64,000 bases of DNA from Syntrophales bacterium (GTDB taxonomy: Bacteria; Desulfobacterota; Syntrophia; Syntrophales; UBA2210). The stretch is from contig OY761459.1 in NCBI GenBank assembly GCA_963664485.1, positions 69,275 to 133,274 of the forward strand, written 5' to 3'. The notes beneath the pieces were generated by a model. The model was not told where the DNA came from and did not search any database. It saw only the letters and a list, made by a program, of their open reading frames with translations. Below, one piece after another: positions 42,674 to 51,950 of this stretch; positions within the stretch are counted from its first letter, which is position 1, and each line of letters opens with the position of its first letter. Both the position numbers and the translations under genes were made by a program.

Positions 42674-44644
42674 TTATAACCTGTTTTTAACAATATCATC
42701 AACCACCGAAGGATCGGCGAGCGTTGAAGTATCACCCAGATCACCGACATCGTTGGCGGCAACCTTCTTCAGGATACGGCGCATAATCTTTCCGCTCCTG
42801 GTTTTGGGAAGGGCATCCGCCCACTGTATCTTCTCGGGGGTTGCAATGGGCCCGATCTCTTTACGAACATGAACTGCCAGTTCCTTCTTAAGAGCATCAG
42901 ACTTTTCCACCCCGGTATTCAGCGTGACATAGGCATAGATCGACTGCCCCTTGATTTCATGCGGATATCCGACCACGGCCGCCTCGGCAACCGATTCGTG
43001 TTTGACCAGGGCCGACTCGACTTCCGCGGTTCCCATCCGGTGACCGGATACGTTGATAACATCATCGATACGTCCGGTAATCTGATAATAACCGTCGGCA
43101 TCTCTTCTGGCGCCGTCACCCGCCACATAGTAACCGGGGAACTGCTCGAAATAAGTCTCTTTGAATCTGTTTGGATCGCCATAGACGCCCCTCATGATGC
43201 CCGGCCAGGGTTTCTTCATGCAGAGAGCACCCGAAGCCACTGTTTCCGTTAATTCTTTTCCTTCATCATCCAGGAGTACCGGCCATACACCCATAAAAGG
43301 TACTGTAGCCATGCCCGGTTTAATGTCCGTGGCACCCGGAAGCGGTGTAATCAGAATACCACCCGTTTCAGTCTGCCACCATGTATCTACGATGGGGCAC
43401 TCGCCGCGTCCGATAAGGTTGTAATACCAGTTCCAAGCCTCGGGATTGATCGGCTCACCCACTGTACCGAGAATTCTCAGCGAGGATATATCGGCTCCCT
43501 TCACCCATTCATCCCCTTCCTTGGCGATCGCACGAATGGCGGTCGGAGCGGTATAGAAGATATTAATCTTGTACTTTTCTACGATCTTCCAGAAACGGCT
43601 CATATCGGGATAGGCGGGAACCCCTTCAAACATTACAGATGTTGCGCCATTGCAGAGCGGTCCGTAGACAATGTAACTGTGCCCCGTTACCCAGCCGATA
43701 TCAGCAGTGCACCAGTAGATGTCTTCTTCATGATAGTCAAAGATCATCTTGTGTGTATAAGCCACATATACGAGATATCCACCCGTAGTATGCATGACTC
43801 CCTTAGGCTGTCCGGTGGAACCGGACGTATACAGGATAAATAGCGGATCTTCCGCGTCCATCCATTCGGGCTCGCAGTTGGCATCGACCTTTGCCATTTC
43901 GTCATGCCACCAGAGGTCCCGTCCTTCCGTCAAGTTGCATTTTATCTTGTCTCCGACACGATTGACAACGATTACCTTTTCAATCGAAGGACATTCCTTA
44001 AGGGCCTCGTCCGCACTCGTTTTCTGCGGCACAGCCTTGGCTCCGCGGAAGGTTCCGTCACATACCACGAGAACCTTGGCCTCGCTGTCCTGTATACGGT
44101 CCCTCAGCGCGTCCGAAGAGAATCCTCCGAAGACGATGGAGTGGATCGCGCCGATGCGCGTACATGCCAGCATGGAGATAGCCAGCTCAGGAACCATAGG
44201 CAGATACAGGGTGACCCTGTCGCCCTTCTTGATCCCGTGAGACTTGAGTACGTTGGCGAACTTGCAGACCTCCGCATGCAGTTCACGGTAGGTATATGCC
44301 CTGTCTTCACCAGGTTCATTCCCTTCCCACTGGATCGCCACCTTGTCGCCCCGCGTGGCGAGATTCTTGTCGAGACAATTATAGGAAACATTCAGTTTGC
44401 CGCCGGCAAAATACTTGACATAAATGTCCCCCTTGCGGTGGTCAAAGTTGTAATCCTCGACCTTGTCCCATTTCTTGAACCATTCCACATATTCCCCTGC
44501 GATTTCCCCCCAGAAACCTTCAGGATCCGTGATGGAACGTTTGTAGAGCTGTTCGTACGCCTCTTTGCCTTTAATGAAAGCCCGATTCTTTACGGCTTCA
44601 GGCACAGGATAAATCTCTTTCAACTCAACCTTCTGTTCTGCCAT
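42674..44644 (-). CDS. acs: Acetyl-CoA synthetase (AMP-forming)
   Basis: [70 protein letters not shown] at 44644 preferred over TTG at 44650. Confidence 0.95.
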   Translation of the reverse strand: MAEQKVELKEIYPVPEAVKNRAFIKGKEAYEQLYKRSITDPEGFWGEIAGEYVEWFKKWDKVEDYNFDHRKGDIYVKYFAGGKLNVSYNCLDKNLATRGDKVAIQWEGNEPGEDRAYTYRELHAEVCKFANVLKSHGIKKGDRVTLYLPMVPELAISMLACTRIGAIHSIVFGGFSSDALRDRIQDSEAKVLVVCDGTFRGAKAVPQKTSADEALKECPSIEKVIVVNRVGDKIKCNLTEGRDLWWHDEMAKVDANCEPEWMDAEDPLFILYTSGSTGQPKGVMHTTGGYLVYVAYTHKMIFDYHEEDIYWCTADIGWVTGHSYIVYGPLCNGATSVMFEGVPAYPDMSRFWKIVEKYKINIFYTAPTAIRAIAKEGDEWVKGADISSLRILGTVGEPINPEAWNWYYNLIGRGECPIVDTWWQTETGGILITPLPGATDIKPGMATVPFMGVWPVLLDDEGKELTETVASGALCMKKPWPGIMRGVYGDPNRFKETYFEQFPGYYVAGDGARRDADGYYQITGRIDDVINVSGHRMGTAEVESALVKHESVAEAAVVGYPHEIKGQSIYAYVTLNTGVEKSDALKKELAVHVRKEIGPIATPEKIQWADALPKTRSGKIMRRILKKVAANDVGDLGDTSTLADPSVVDDIVKNRL

Positions 44645-44799
44645 TTTCAACTCCCTCCCTAAGTATTATTTTCGGCACACAGTAATAGTACCGGTTCTCA
44701 ACAGGAATATTACATGCCGAGGCTCCAGGATATAACTGAAGCCATATATACCATGGCGGACTAACAAAAAAAAGAGGTCGATGTCAAGATAAAACGTAG

Positions 44800-44836
44800 A
44801 AAAAAACAGGCCGGGAGAAAAATTTCTCCCGGCCTG
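44800..44836 (-). terminator. Rho-independent terminator after the porin-like gene
   Basis: 14-bp stem CAGGCCGGGAGAAA/TTTCTCCCGGCCTG, followed on the minus strand by a run of seven T. Confidence 0.7.
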
Positions 44837-44877
44837 TATTAACTTATACTGCCAAACTTCTTTCCGGTATTCCGGGA

Positions 44878-46200
44878 TTAGAAGCTGAGTGACAGCTGCG
44901 TACCGATTTCATAGGCATCTTCCTGATCCGCACCTCCGCGGACCTGTTTGTAGGTAGCATCGCCTGTGAAGAGATAGGCAGCCACGATGTCCAGGTTCAG
45001 GTTATCCATGATCTTGTAGGAAGCTTTGAGGTCGATTTCGGTTCCCAGATTGGTTTCGCCGTTGCTGTCGTCTTCGTTCAGCTTAGCGTACCACAGGTCA
45101 CCAGTGAATTTCAGTTTCGGGGTAGCCTGGAAGGTTACACCCGCATTGATCGCCATGATATTGGAGATAGCATCCTTACAGGAATTGGATGAGGCCTGGT
45201 TGTCAAACATCCCGAGACCCATGATTTCCGACCAATAGTAGGACTGGCCATCGGGAACCCAGAAGGCATCAATTTCTTGAGAATTGGTACCATCGTCACC
45301 GCTGGCGGTGAAGAACTGCCCGTGGACTTCAACCGGTCCTACAGGAGCGCTAGCACCGACTGCCAGCAGGTAGCCATTCAAGTCATAATCAGGGTAACCT
45401 GAGTAGCCATGAGCCGTCATCTTGTCATCCGCAGATCCGGTCGCATAAATACCCGTGAACCATGCCTTGACATCGCCGAACTTCGCATCGATATCGGCAC
45501 CGAGGTACCAGAGGTCAAACTGGCCAAACCCATCCGTGGGGCCATCCCATTTTTCTGCAGATTCGGATGTGATCCACAGTACAAAAGGTTTCATTGCAAC
45601 ATTGCCCAGCATGAACGAGGGAGCGAGAGCGTAGTAATCTACGTCGAATTCATTCCTCTCATCTTCGATCTTGCCATTATAGCCTGTGCCACCTTCGTAC
45701 GCTTTTATCCACGTGAAGGGAACGGTTACCGCGTCACTCTTGTAAGTAACCACGGCGGCGGCGGCATCATCCGCGAACAGGAAACCGCGCGAGAAGACGA
45801 GATACTGGACACCAACCTTGAAGTTCATCGGTCCTACCGTGAAGTCGGCATAGGAGTTTTTCACTTCTACTTTGATTCCGTCGGCGCCTATATCGCCATA
45901 ACCGCTCGTATCAACGTGACCATCAGAACCTTTTGTGGCACCCCACGTGGCATCCATCTCGAACTTGTTTACGAACTTGAAGCTGTCGCTGAACTTGGCG
46001 GTATAGTAAAGACGTGTTCTGGTATCCACCTGGGTCGTATCTTTGTTGCTGCTGTTTTCAGCATCATAACCCGTGAAATCCTGCTGCATATAGGCTCTGG
46101 TACGCCAGTAGCCGCCGAAAATATTTTCTATTGCCATCGCCGGTGCCGTAAACATGAATACCAACACCGCCACGAAGGCCACGAATGCAAACTTTTTCAT
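44878..46200 (-). CDS. Outer-membrane beta-barrel porin-like protein
   Basis: Signal peptide MKKFAFVAFVAVLVFMFTAPAMA, alternating-hydrophobicity beta-strand pattern rich in Y/G/D, C-terminal ..GTQLSLSF (terminal Phe). Confidence 0.6.
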   Translation of the reverse strand: MKKFAFVAFVAVLVFMFTAPAMAIENIFGGYWRTRAYMQQDFTGYDAENSSNKDTTQVDTRTRLYYTAKFSDSFKFVNKFEMDATWGATKGSDGHVDTSGYGDIGADGIKVEVKNSYADFTVGPMNFKVGVQYLVFSRGFLFADDAAAAVVTYKSDAVTVPFTWIKAYEGGTGYNGKIEDERNEFDVDYYALAPSFMLGNVAMKPFVLWITSESAEKWDGPTDGFGQFDLWYLGADIDAKFGDVKAWFTGIYATGSADDKMTAHGYSGYPDYDLNGYLLAVGASAPVGPVEVHGQFFTASGDDGTNSQEIDAFWVPDGQSYYWSEIMGLGMFDNQASSNSCKDAISNIMAINAGVTFQATPKLKFTGDLWYAKLNEDDSNGETNLGTEIDLKASYKIMDNLNLDIVAAYLFTGDATYKQVRGGADQEDAYEIGTQLSLSF

Positions 46201-46524
46201 AACTTCCCTCCTGAATTTATTGTTGTTAATCAGCTTAAACCCTTGTTTTTAACCACGTTTTACTTCTTTCCACACACCCCCTTTCTCCGTACAAATGGTA
46301 CTTACAGACCACACGGCATTTTGCAGTACGCTAACACTAACAAAACACCGATGTCAAGCTATTCCTGAAAAAATTTTTACAGCATTCAACAATCTGAAAA
46401 TATTTATAAAAAAGCGTTATTTCCTATTATATATCGCCTCGAACCGTATCCGGCGTGATTAATCTTCCCCTTTCGGCACATCTGCAGTCCCGGCCGCGAA
46501 TAAAAACGTTATTTCGGATGATTA

Positions 46525-47739
46525 TCATGCCCCCCTCCTCAGGGATCGCATGAGTATCTCCGAGGGATCATGCGCCGGGATACCCGAAAAATGCGACAGC
46601 TGCATCATGCATGCACCGCAGTCGGACACCAGCATGTCCGGATCGACAGCCGTCACCGCCCGTGCCGCTATATTGCCCAGCCGTACCGAACTGTCTTCGT
46701 TGCCCCTTTTAAAACCGTAGCTCCCGGCGAGCCCGCAGCAGTTATCTTCAAGTATATGAACCTCCAGGCCGGGGATTTTTTCAAAAATCATGGCAGCCGG
46801 ATATCCGATTCCCAGCGCCCTGAGATGGCAGGGTATATGATATGCCACTCTTCTATGAACGGGCTCGAAGACCGGATCGATATAATGTTCCTCCATGAGT
46901 TTCAGCACATATTCGTGTAGATTATAAGAGTTCTCGGCTACTTTCTGGCCGTCCGGCACATCCAGTATCCCGGGATAATCCTGCGTAAGCGACAGGCCGC
47001 ACGAGGTGCAGGTGTAGACGACATCATACCCCCGGTCTATGTAACCGGCGAGAATCCGGGCGTTTCTCATCGCAAACTTCCTGGCGGTATCGATATCCCC
47101 ATTACCAAGTGCGGGCAGGCCGCAACACACCTGCTTGGGCATAACGACACGAACTCCGAGAGACGCCAGGAAATCCCGTATGCGCCTCCCCAGGTCGGGA
47201 CGGTTGTAATTCAGAAAACAGCCGTAAAAGAACACTACTTTTTTCCGGCTGTTACGTTTACCCTTCCATTTCCAGCTTCTGCTCAAAGTGCGGATATAAA
47301 ACCGGGGAAACGGAAGGTAGGTGGATATCCCCAACACGTTACATAACGCCCTCTTTACGAACCGTACGTCGGCAAGCCTGTTGACCAGGGGGGCTATCAG
47401 CGAATTCAAGGCCCCGAGCCAGTAAATATTCGCAAACATACGTGATACGGGTGATCTGAAATGCCTTCCGCCGTACCGGGCCTGTTCCCTGAGTATGATC
47501 AGGGCCGGGTTGACACCGTACGGACATGCGACCTCGCATCGCTTGCACTGGCTGCAGAGTCTTATCCACTTGTCCAGCGACGTCTTATTGTCCGAGCGAA
47601 ACCGCTCCGCATCCGGACCGGCCTGCTTGGGACCCGGAAACCGGGCGTTCACCCGGTATACGGGACAGTTTGCCACACAGGCGGTACAACGGATACAGTG
47701 CTGAAAATCAGATTTCACGATACCAGTCTCCACACGCAT
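46525..47739 (-). CDS. glpC: Anaerobic glycerol-3-phosphate dehydrogenase subunit C (FeS, CCG domains)
   Basis: CIRCTACVANCPV and CSQCKRCEVACP ferredoxin motifs, then two Cys-rich CCG-type regions. Follows glpA-glpB. Confidence 0.78.
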   Translation of the reverse strand: MRVETGIVKSDFQHCIRCTACVANCPVYRVNARFPGPKQAGPDAERFRSDNKTSLDKWIRLCSQCKRCEVACPYGVNPALIILREQARYGGRHFRSPVSRMFANIYWLGALNSLIAPLVNRLADVRFVKRALCNVLGISTYLPFPRFYIRTLSRSWKWKGKRNSRKKVVFFYGCFLNYNRPDLGRRIRDFLASLGVRVVMPKQVCCGLPALGNGDIDTARKFAMRNARILAGYIDRGYDVVYTCTSCGLSLTQDYPGILDVPDGQKVAENSYNLHEYVLKLMEEHYIDPVFEPVHRRVAYHIPCHLRALGIGYPAAMIFEKIPGLEVHILEDNCCGLAGSYGFKRGNEDSSVRLGNIAARAVTAVDPDMLVSDCGACMMQLSHFSGIPAHDPSEILMRSLRRGA

Positions 47740-48908
47740 TCGCGGCCGCGACCCCCGTTGCTATGGCCATGCCGTGCCCGCATCTGTACTTCATCACCTC
47801 CGAAAAGGCCAGTATGCTGCCGCACACGAAAGAGATTCCCGACCCTGCTGTCTACGGGCCTGAACGACCGGTCCACACATATCCCGGATTTTTCTATCGC
47901 ATGCCCCGGAGCGAAGAAATCGTCATTAAACCAGATATCCCTCCTCCCCGGGAGATATACCGGCAGATCGAATACCGTCTCGCCGGCTGTTTCCATCGCG
48001 GCGTAAAGCCCGCCGCTGATGAACGAACCCGTAGCCAGGATAAACGCGTTCCCCTGCACGCGAGTGGCCCTCCCGGCGCCGGCAAGGGTAACCGCCTCGA
48101 TAAGGTCGGCCGATTTTTCGACACTGTATACCTCTTTTCCCCAGTATAGATTGCCCCCCCTTTTCAGCAGGGCATTCTTCAGGCCGCCGAACAATCTCAT
48201 CCCCGGCATCGAGGGAGGCAGCGTCGGTATCTCGAAAACATCTCTGCCGAGTTCACCCGATATTTCGGCACACACATCCACGGCGAAATTCATACCGAGC
48301 ACCGCCGGCAGCGCTATCTTACCCTCCGGGATATCGAGTCCCCGCAGCCACGAAATAAACCTTCCACGGAACTCTTCATTTTCAAAGCACGCCGCGATAC
48401 CCGCGGTAGTGGAAACTCCGGCGTTGAATATGGAACAGCCTGCGTTACTGTAATTCGACGTAATGTAATTCGGGTAGAAATCTTTCATTTTACTGAACGA
48501 TATCAGGTGAATATATTCATCGGGATGAAAATCGGCACACGCCATGCTCGCCGGCACGAGGCACGTAATTTTCTGCCTGCCCAGCGGCGTCACTATCCTT
48601 CTGTTAATATGCGCGTCACCCACATACACTCCGCCCTCCCGGGCCATGACATCCCTGAACATCTCGAGGGATCGCTCCACGGCGGTTTCTCCCACCAGGC
48701 TATAGGGATGATTCTCCGGCAGCGAACCGATACCCGCGAGGGGATCGTCGCCTGCCGCCAGCAGATCGATACATCCTGTCGAAAGACAACAGAGGGGATT
48801 CCCGCGCGAGATAACCGCGACCTTCCTGCCCGTATCAGCAAGCGTGATCGCCGCCATCATTCCCGACATTCCCCCGCCGATTATAACGACATCGTACGTA
48901 CCGCTCAT
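47708..48908 (-). pseudogene. glpB: Anaerobic glycerol-3-phosphate dehydrogenase subunit B, with a 1-nt frameshift near 47828
   Basis: N-terminus YDVVIIGGGMSGMMAAITLA. After ..SRVGNLF the listed frame becomes RVRQHTGLFGG.. The +1 frame reads VCGSILAFSEVMKYRCGHGMAIATGVAAANACGDWYREI and stops at 47708. Confidence 0.72.
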
Positions 48909-50407
48909 TACTCCCGTCCCATTCCCAGAATACCCAGATAGATACTTTCCACAAGCTGCTCTTCCCGGAGCTGATCACCCCACAGCGCCGGTTTGATTCC
49001 TCTGAATCTCCGCTCCAGGAACTCCCTTAGAAGACGCACAGATTCCTCCGGCGTCATATTCCCCTTTTCCTGCATGATTCCCAGCGCACGGTATGTGCAG
49101 AAACCTCCCTGGCACGGGCCCATACCCAGCCGTGTCCTGTGCTGAATGTCTTCGATACGCCCGGCTCCGGTCTTCCCGGCGACCCTTTCCACATCATCCG
49201 CCGTTACCAGCTCGCATTCACAAACGATGTTTTCGAGTGTCTTCAGCCGCTTGGAGAGAGGGTAACCGCTCAGCTCCTCCTGCCCTTCGAGGGGAAGTTC
49301 CGCCGTCCGGCAGACAGTCTTAAGGCCCAGGATCTCCGCCACCCTGTCCGATATCTTTTCCGCCATCAGCCGGTACGTACTAAGTTTCCCTCCCATGATA
49401 CTGACCATACCGTTGTTGTGATCGATTATTTTGAAACCCCTGGATATTTTCCTGTCGTCCCGGACATCATCCTGAAGCAGGGGCCGCACACCCGCATACG
49501 TTCTGATCAACCGTGTACGTTCAAAACCCGGGATCATCAGTTGCGCCTGGGTCGCGATAACATCCACTTCCACCGGGGTAACGGTATGCTCGTCGGGATC
49601 GCCGACCGGTATAGATGTCGTACCGGCAAGACATACCGCCTCGTTAGGCACTATGATATCCCCGTCCGATGCCGGCCGCAGCCTGTTAATTACCATATTG
49701 GTCAGGCGGTGATTTGTAACGATAAGACTTCCCTTTGAAAGCGTCATCGGCACTCCGCTTCCTGCCAGAGACGCTATCCTGTTTCCCCACGCACCCGCGG
49801 CATTGATGATAACCCTGCCACGTATCTCCCTGATCTCGTCCGTCGATTCATCCAGGATCTTTACACCGGCACACCTGCCATGCTCCCGCATGATGTCGAC
49901 CACCTTGCTGTGCCTCAGGACCGTCCCTCCTCTTTTCAGAGACGAGGTTATGTTAAGCATGCATAACCTGAATGGATCGATGGAACAATCCGGAACCTTT
50001 ACCGCCTCTTCGATAAACGGATTCAGATTGGGAACGAGGTCGAGCGCCCTGCTCCGTGACAGCGTTTCGGTAGCGATCCCTGCCTCCTCACAGCGCTTCA
50101 GAAATATATCCCTGAACTTCTTCGAATCACCCGGAAGACGTACGAACAATCCGCCCGTCCTCTCCACGCATTTCACACCTATCTTACGGAGAATCATGTT
50201 CTCGGATATGCACTCCGCCGCCATTTCGGGATCATTCACCACATACCGGGCGCCGCTGTGCAGCAGACCGTGGCACGCCCCCGTCGCCCCCGCGGCGAAA
50301 TCGCCCTTTTCAATAAGACAGTGAGGGATACCCCGCAGCGCCAGATCCCGCGCTATGCCACAGCCCGTTGACCCGCCACCGATAATAATCACATCCGTCT
50401 TGATCAT
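48908..50407 (-). CDS. glpA: Anaerobic glycerol-3-phosphate dehydrogenase subunit A
   Basis: DVIIIGGGSTGCGIARDLALRG, GATGACHGLLHSGARY, AECISEN, C-terminal BFD-like CECELV..CQGGFC. Confidence 0.88.
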   Translation of the reverse strand: MIKTDVIIIGGGSTGCGIARDLALRGIPHCLIEKGDFAAGATGACHGLLHSGARYVVNDPEMAAECISENMILRKIGVKCVERTGGLFVRLPGDSKKFRDIFLKRCEEAGIATETLSRSRALDLVPNLNPFIEEAVKVPDCSIDPFRLCMLNITSSLKRGGTVLRHSKVVDIMREHGRCAGVKILDESTDEIREIRGRVIINAAGAWGNRIASLAGSGVPMTLSKGSLIVTNHRLTNMVINRLRPASDGDIIVPNEAVCLAGTTSIPVGDPDEHTVTPVEVDVIATQAQLMIPGFERTRLIRTYAGVRPLLQDDVRDDRKISRGFKIIDHNNGMVSIMGGKLSTYRLMAEKISDRVAEILGLKTVCRTAELPLEGQEELSGYPLSKRLKTLENIVCECELVTADDVERVAGKTGAGRIEDIQHRTRLGMGPCQGGFCTYRALGIMQEKGNMTPEESVRLLREFLERRFRGIKPALWGDQLREEQLVESIYLGILGMGRE

Positions 50408-50415
50408 GCTCTCCT

Positions 50416-51157
50416 AAATAGGGACACTCCCCTATTTTTTCGGCCGTCCTTTCTTCCCAACCAACAATTTCCGGGAAAGTAAGTTCTCCAGGCTTTTCAC
50501 AAAATCGACACTTCCCAAAGGGCGTCCCGTCGATGTCGCCCTTCGAATCTTATCATCCATCGCCGGATCCTGCCGAACCAGGAAACGCCCATAATCCGCC
50601 CGTTCGCTTGCGTCGAACCATAACGATGATTTTACCAGCTCGTCTTCCACACCCTCCACCGTTGCGCGGCAACTCGACCACGGATATGCCAGGGGATCCT
50701 TTACAATGCCGGCTTTAACCGGATTGATTTCGATGTATCGCATGACAGACCACAGGTATATGTCATCACTTACAATAGAGGAGTAAAACCGGTTCTGCCA
50801 CAATCGACCGCTGCGGTGATATTTTCGATTTACATACTGAGTATATATAAGATTTGTTCTGCCCACACAACGTGCGAGGGCATCCTCTTCCAGAGGTACG
50901 GCAAGCAGATGAACATGATTGCTCATCAGGCAATAGGACAAAATATTAACCCTGCACGAATCGCAGTAGTTTTTGAGCGTGGACTTGTAAAAGTTTCTGT
51001 CTTTGTCGTCAAAAAAGACATCTTCTCGATTGTTACCTCGCTGAGTAACATGATGAGGATAGCCGGGCAATGTAACGCGTGCTATTCTTGGCATGTGTCA
51101 CCTCTATACTCATTTATTTTTATTATCAACGTAAAAATGGGGGAGTGTCCCTATTTT
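50416..51157 (-). mobile_element. RAYT unit: REP-associated tyrosine transposase gene bracketed by inverted REP hairpins
   Basis: AAATAGGGACACTCCCCTATTTTTT (50416-50440) and its inverted copy AAAAATGGGGGAGTGTCCCTATTTT (51133-51157) flank the ORF. Confidence 0.8.
50432..51094 (-). CDS. IS200-like Y1 HUH transposase of the REP-associated (RAYT) type
   Basis: 220 aa; HHVTQRGNNREDVF, HUH motif CLMSNHVHLL, catalytic-Tyr region MRYIEINPVKAG. No adjacent tnpB-like gene. Confidence 0.85.
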   Translation of the reverse strand: MPRIARVTLPGYPHHVTQRGNNREDVFFDDKDRNFYKSTLKNYCDSCRVNILSYCLMSNHVHLLAVPLEEDALARCVGRTNLIYTQYVNRKYHRSGRLWQNRFYSSIVSDDIYLWSVMRYIEINPVKAGIVKDPLAYPWSSCRATVEGVEDELVKSSLWFDASERADYGRFLVRQDPAMDDKIRRATSTGRPLGSVDFVKSLENLLSRKLLVGKKGRPKK

Positions 51158-51944
51158 CGGCGCGTTGAGGGAAGTCCGTAATCAGGCCGGCCGCGCCCGC
51201 TTTTGCGAACCTTAGCATTTCGTCCGCTTCATTAACGGTAAACAGGTTAATTGCTATCCCCTTCTCTCTCATTGCCTGAATCTGTGCTTCGTCAATAAGC
51301 GTGCTGCGGAGATTATATGTCGCGAACTCCGGGTTCTCCCAGTCCAGCGACCGGATTTCAGCATAACTGACCAGAGCCTGCACCTCAAGAGAGGGATTCC
51401 GAACCCGGATATCACGGAGCCACTCGTGATTAAACGAGGAAACAACGACATGCCCACATCCGATCCCGGCATCGTCTATCGCCTTCAGTACACGTTCGAC
51501 CAGGGGGAAATCACCCAGAGGTGTGGACAGCCTTTTCAGTTCCAGATTGACACGGAAACCGGCATCCCTGGTAAAATGAAGGCCTTCCGCCAGCGTGGGT
51601 ATCCGCTCGCCCTTGTAACCCGAAAGTTCTTCCCCGGTTACCGCCTCCGCCGCAATCATGCCGAAGGGGTCGTCCCTGACGAACCAGGAGCCCGCATCCA
51701 GCACGCGGATCTCATCCAGTGTAAACATCGCGACGCGCCATGGATCGCGGCCGGGAAAACGATCCCTGACATCGGTGGTACGAACCAGGGAATCGTCGTG
51801 AAACAGTATCAGCTCCCCGTCACGCGTCACCATGACATCCGTCTCCCAGAGATCGGCACCGACCGCCAGCGCCTTGCGGGCCGCCGCCAGCGTGTTCTCT
51901 GGAGCGAGGCTTCGAGCCCCCCTGTGAGCTATGATAAGTGCCAT
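51126..51944 (-). CDS. ugpQ: Cytoplasmic glycerophosphodiester phosphodiesterase
   Basis: MALIIAHRGARSLAPENTLAA..WETDV..HD; no signal peptide. The last 10 codons (ENRDTPPFLR) are encoded by the REP at 51133-51157. Confidence 0.82.
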   Translation of the reverse strand: MALIIAHRGARSLAPENTLAAARKALAVGADLWETDVMVTRDGELILFHDDSLVRTTDVRDRFPGRDPWRVAMFTLDEIRVLDAGSWFVRDDPFGMIAAEAVTGEELSGYKGERIPTLAEGLHFTRDAGFRVNLELKRLSTPLGDFPLVERVLKAIDDAGIGCGHVVVSSFNHEWLRDIRVRNPSLEVQALVSYAEIRSLDWENPEFATYNLRSTLIDEAQIQAMREKGIAINLFTVNEADEMLRFAKAGAAGLITDFPQRAENRDTPPFLR

Positions 51945-51950
51945 AATTAC

